Assembly (NCBI GenBank): GCA_051251855.1 | Contig: JBPOGI010000005.1 | Location: 256,001 to 320,000 of the forward strand | From: Roseibacillus sp. | Lineage (GTDB): Bacteria > Verrucomicrobiota > Verrucomicrobiia > Verrucomicrobiales > Akkermansiaceae | Length of the DNA stretch: 64,000 nucleotides | Direction: 5' to 3' | Shown here: piece by piece, positions 61,601 through 64,000 of the stretch | How positions within the stretch are numbered: the first letter of the stretch is position 1 | Layout: every line of letters starts with the position of its first letter | Program-made: the position numbers and the translations under genes | The notes under the pieces: model-generated | Told to the model about the DNA's origin: nothing | Databases searched by the model: none | What the model saw: only the letters and a program-made list of their open reading frames with translations

Positions 61601-63942
61601 CCTTCTGCCGCCAACCAAGGCCAGCCGCCAAAGAAGTAATTGAGCGTTCCAGCTTTGCCCCATGGGTGAGCTTCGGGATTTCCGAATCCGGTAGAGCAGA
61701 GCACGTAATGGTCAGCGGTGCCGCCTTCGGTGGACCAAGTGGCGAAGTAAAGTTTGGTGCCTTTGACTGCGGCCCAGAGGCGCATGCCGTTGTCGGAGAT
61801 AAGGTAGTTGGCGCTATCGAGACTGCCATCGAGCACGAAGTCGGAGCCGCCTCCAGAGCCTGTGTTGACGCTGACGGAATAGTTGGCTCCTCCATTGTCG
61901 TCGGTGAAGGTATTACTGCCGTCATCGAAAGTAACGTAATAGTCGATGGTGGCTCCTGCCGCGAAAGTGCCGAGGTTGACGTTCCAAGCCTCGGTGGTAG
62001 TGGTGTCGAAACTGGGGTTACGAGCGAGGGGACTTGTGAGAAAGGTGCCGCCTGCATCGGTGGAGTAGTGGACAGTGCCGCTCGTCGCAGTGCCTTGGGG
62101 GCTAGTGTCGGAGTCGATGAAAAGGTCGTCGCTTGTAGTGATGGATCCTTGGACTGGGAAGTTGCGGGTATTACTGATCGCGAGGGGAGGGGCCGTTCCC
62201 CCAGCGACAAAGATCTTTAATCCGCGAGTGGGAACAGAGACGTTGAGAGTGCCGCCTGAAACGGAGAGGGTTTCGTTGGTGTCGAGGACGTTGGTGAAGG
62301 TGGTGCCATCAAGAGTTGCGACCCCAGGGGTGGCGCTTTGCGCGTTGTCCCAATCGGTATTAAGTATGATGAGAGCTTCTTGGTTGCCGAATTGGCGAGT
62401 GAAGGCGTAGATGCCGCGGCCACCGGTTTCCCAGCGTTGTTGGAAGCTTCCGCGACGGAGGCAGATGTATTGCTCGCGGGCGGCGTTGATTTGGCCGATG
62501 AGGGTTTTAATGCTGCTGGGAGCAGTGAACTTGTTCCCTTGTGCGTTTCCCCATTGGTAGCCGAAGTCCATCATGTTTTCGCGCTGATAGTCGGCATCGT
62601 CGGCTCCGATGTTGTTGTTGGCTTCGCCTTGGTTGAAGCCGTGTTCGGTGCCGTAGTAGAGGGTGGGCACGGGAGTAGCGCAGTAGAGGAGTCCCATGGC
62701 AGGACGGAGCATGTCTTCCCATGAGGTGGTGTAGCTTTTGCTCACGCGGTCGACGTCGTGGTTATCGATGAAGGCGATGGTGCGCATGTTGGCTTCGTTG
62801 CCGAAGGTGTTGCCGTTCCAAATGCCATTGAGAGGAGCGGTGAGATTAGAAGTCGCTCCGCTGCCTGCGAACACATCGCGCAAGGTATTCATCATAGAGA
62901 ACCACATCGCGGAGTTAAAGCCAGAGCCTTGGTCGCCGGTGAAGGCATTGTGGTAGCCGTCGTCGAAGCTGAAGAGTTCGCCAAAAATGAGAAAGTCGTC
63001 CTTGCCGCGAGAGGCGGCGTGAGTGCGCATTTCGGTGGCCCAGTTTTTAATCCACGTTTGGTCTACGTGCTTGATGGCGTCGACGCGGAAGCCATCGCAG
63101 TCGGTGGCGTCGATGAGGTTCTTAAAAGCGATGGCGAGTTCTGCCTGCACGTCGGCGCGCTCGGTGGCGAGGTCGTCGGTGCCTTTGAAGCCGCCGAGCT
63201 GAGTCTCGGGGAAAGCGTCGTAGTTGCCGATGTTGCCGTTGCAATGGAACCAATCGAGGCGATTGAAGGGGGAGGCGTGCTGGACGCCGTCAGCCCAGTT
63301 GATGTCGAAGGTGGTGCAGTTTTCGTCGTAGCTTTCGTCTCCGCTGGTGCGACGGATGAGGTCGGCCATGTGGTTGGGAACGACGTCGAGAATGACGTAA
63401 ATGCCAGCCGCGTGTAGGTCGTCGATGGTTTGCTTCAGCTTCGCAAAGTCACCGAACAAAGGTTCACACTTGTAGAGGTCGGTGGGGTGATAGGCATGGT
63501 AGGGGGTGAAGCGTTTGTCGACGCCTTGCTCGACTTTCTGAACGCTGGAGAGCCAAACCGCCTTCACGCCCATGGATTGGAGGTAGGGGATTTGTTGGCG
63601 AATGCCTTCCCAGTCGCCGCCTTGTGCGAGGTGGCGGTCATTGGCTTGTGCGCTGTTCGCAGTGTTATACCAAGAGCGTCCGGTGGTGTCGCCGCTTGGG
63701 TGAGCAGTATTGAAGTCCCACCAACTGCCGCCGCGCATGCTACGAGCATTGTTGTTACTACTATCGCCATCAGAGAACCGGTCTGTGAAAAGCTGGTAGA
63801 CGTTTAAGTCACGCCAGTCTTCGGGGCTTTCGGTGTAGTCGAAGGAGGGATCGTCGTTGATGCGCGGAGTCAGGAGATAGGGATCTTGTGCCGCTGCTGA
63901 AAAGAGAAGGGCAAAGAAAAGAGCGCCGATGGGTTTGAGCAT
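58621..63942 (-). CDS. Secreted alpha-amylase family protein with two GH13 catalytic domains
   Basis: Domain 1: DVVPNH, DGFRVDAIKH, FGELF, FIDNHD. Domain 2: DGTFNH, DGMRCDFAQG, FMAESL, LTSHDE. Tail D.DMDGLPD.WE...DGDNLTN.QEY..G.NP. Confidence 0.92.
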   Translation of the reverse strand: MLKPIGALFFALLFSAAAQDPYLLTPRINDDPSFDYTESPEDWRDLNVYQLFTDRFSDGDSSNNNARSMRGGSWWDFNTAHPSGDTTGRSWYNTANSAQANDRHLAQGGDWEGIRQQIPYLQSMGVKAVWLSSVQKVEQGVDKRFTPYHAYHPTDLYKCEPLFGDFAKLKQTIDDLHAAGIYVILDVVPNHMADLIRRTSGDESYDENCTTFDINWADGVQHASPFNRLDWFHCNGNIGNYDAFPETQLGGFKGTDDLATERADVQAELAIAFKNLIDATDCDGFRVDAIKHVDQTWIKNWATEMRTHAASRGKDDFLIFGELFSFDDGYHNAFTGDQGSGFNSAMWFSMMNTLRDVFAGSGATSNLTAPLNGIWNGNTFGNEANMRTIAFIDNHDVDRVSKSYTTSWEDMLRPAMGLLYCATPVPTLYYGTEHGFNQGEANNNIGADDADYQRENMMDFGYQWGNAQGNKFTAPSSIKTLIGQINAAREQYICLRRGSFQQRWETGGRGIYAFTRQFGNQEALIILNTDWDNAQSATPGVATLDGTTFTNVLDTNETLSVSGGTLNVSVPTRGLKIFVAGGTAPPLAISNTRNFPVQGSITTSDDLFIDSDTSPQGTATSGTVHYSTDAGGTFLTSPLARNPSFDTTTTEAWNVNLGTFAAGATIDYYVTFDDGSNTFTDDNGGANYSVSVNTGSGGGSDFVLDGSLDSANYLISDNGMRLWAAVKGTKLYFATWSTEGGTADHYVLCSTGFGNPEAHPWGKAGTLNYFFGGWPWLAAEGDNNFATINNGGISGGHAEGPNGGVLEGVIDLVEVFGAMPETVYLSALAYGTNTGDAIVGQTPIFWQDDNLDIMEMAPVTVESIRDEDLDGYFDRAAPTMESTVNGNVADADYGLRRFFIDETTNDTGSISISFTPNANPGETVTNVEVITNLNRRNFAVIQENRDLATGASNTYYRAYPMTESSGTWSATLPVNTCGAYRATVRYYVDGAGPFYFTDGGLRRDLAIVVSPTNALDTTLYEVNPAIVEATDSTPTGRSTFRDLWMTNTDRPDAVNTQKFNDLGVNMIWLQPIHPIGTEGRQIDPLTMTDYDPGSPYSVKDYWQVAPFLGANNTEAGAMSEFQTMVTEFDNNGIGVMVDGTFNHSAPDAILGQGAVDLYNLPAGDLIRDTRPGWYSKTGDYSMPATSASEQAVAPDRRDFGKFVDVRELYFGNYDALVKFDSDSHTYEFLLERDHLDPITATTEELWDYFAYYPIYWLTKTGHPVGTPVTDAHKGIDGMRCDFAQGLPNEFWEYCINKTRSVKWNFLFMAESLDGFINVDGDPRHGVSYRSARHFDILNENIVFYWRDTWFDYPADGPSSGGAGTKTTFSTFDAYRQRRDAYDNVVLLNNLTSHDEVFPSDNPYELLNTYAQVAAFKGIPMVMYGQEAGALNDFTDYGFTGDIPNADNNWSIYEQNFGKTIPNFKRYNDMTKVWLNADTTLESYYGRVNSARLNSPALRSDSEYFLSKLVGGGLDDDIMAVAKYENAGVSAKEQDVVFAFINNDPLSNSNRMQTFDLSPEVSPGVNWFGIDPAANYNAANLLATDPTQLLWPTDRTGQNLIDNGLTIVLDQPLDQLGQAQYLKLVDTSTVTDDADMDGLPDTWEALYSLDHSAATGATGQNGASGNPDGDNLTNAQEYLVGLNPTIADSEQFQLCIERASNGDIELTFSTIADRLYQVEYSDDDLASWNNMGAASDTTGLATNPAFLLTDDGSQTGSLPTSENTRFYKLTVTFP

Positions 63943-64000
63943 GGAAATGGGGTTTTGTTGAAGGTAGAGTGGACGAGACAGAAGGGAAACGGATTTTTGT

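Overview
Chromosomal window from a bacterium that looks verrucomicrobial (inferred from PEP-CTERM genes, giant secreted proteins with a shared C-terminal domain, a membrane-anchored ECF sigma factor and a Chlamydia-like metal ABC operon). It holds about 45 CDSs. Housekeeping genes: tgt-yajC-secDF, rsgA, fabV, a menH-like hydrolase, and the ligase-associated DNA-repair genes pdeM and lhr lying about 37 kb apart. Secreted or envelope proteins: a GH2 beta-galactosidase, a two-domain GH13 amylase, a kexin-like S8 protease, a 1911-aa unknown protein and a long coiled-coil OmpA protein. There is also a TroABCD/YtgABCD-type Mn/Fe/Zn ABC operon. No rRNA, tRNA, CRISPR array or transposase was seen. Main highlights: (1) an ArsC-family gene whose catalytic Cys codon is an in-frame TGA followed by a SECIS-like hairpin, i.e. 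a probable selenoprotein truncated by the ORF track; (2) an ABC permease fused to a DtxR-like repressor (YtgCR-like) with a palindromic operator over the operon promoter; (3) both PEP-CTERM genes split by a single-base frameshift; (4) a shared C-terminal domain on unrelated secreted enzymes, a candidate lineage-specific sorting signal; (5) two kinds of intergenic repeats (GTAG/GTGG REP-like doublets and an unexplained long inverted-repeat family); (6) widespread leaderless-type promoters; (7) a TGT with a degenerate zinc site. All calls are from reading motifs by eye; no database search was run.
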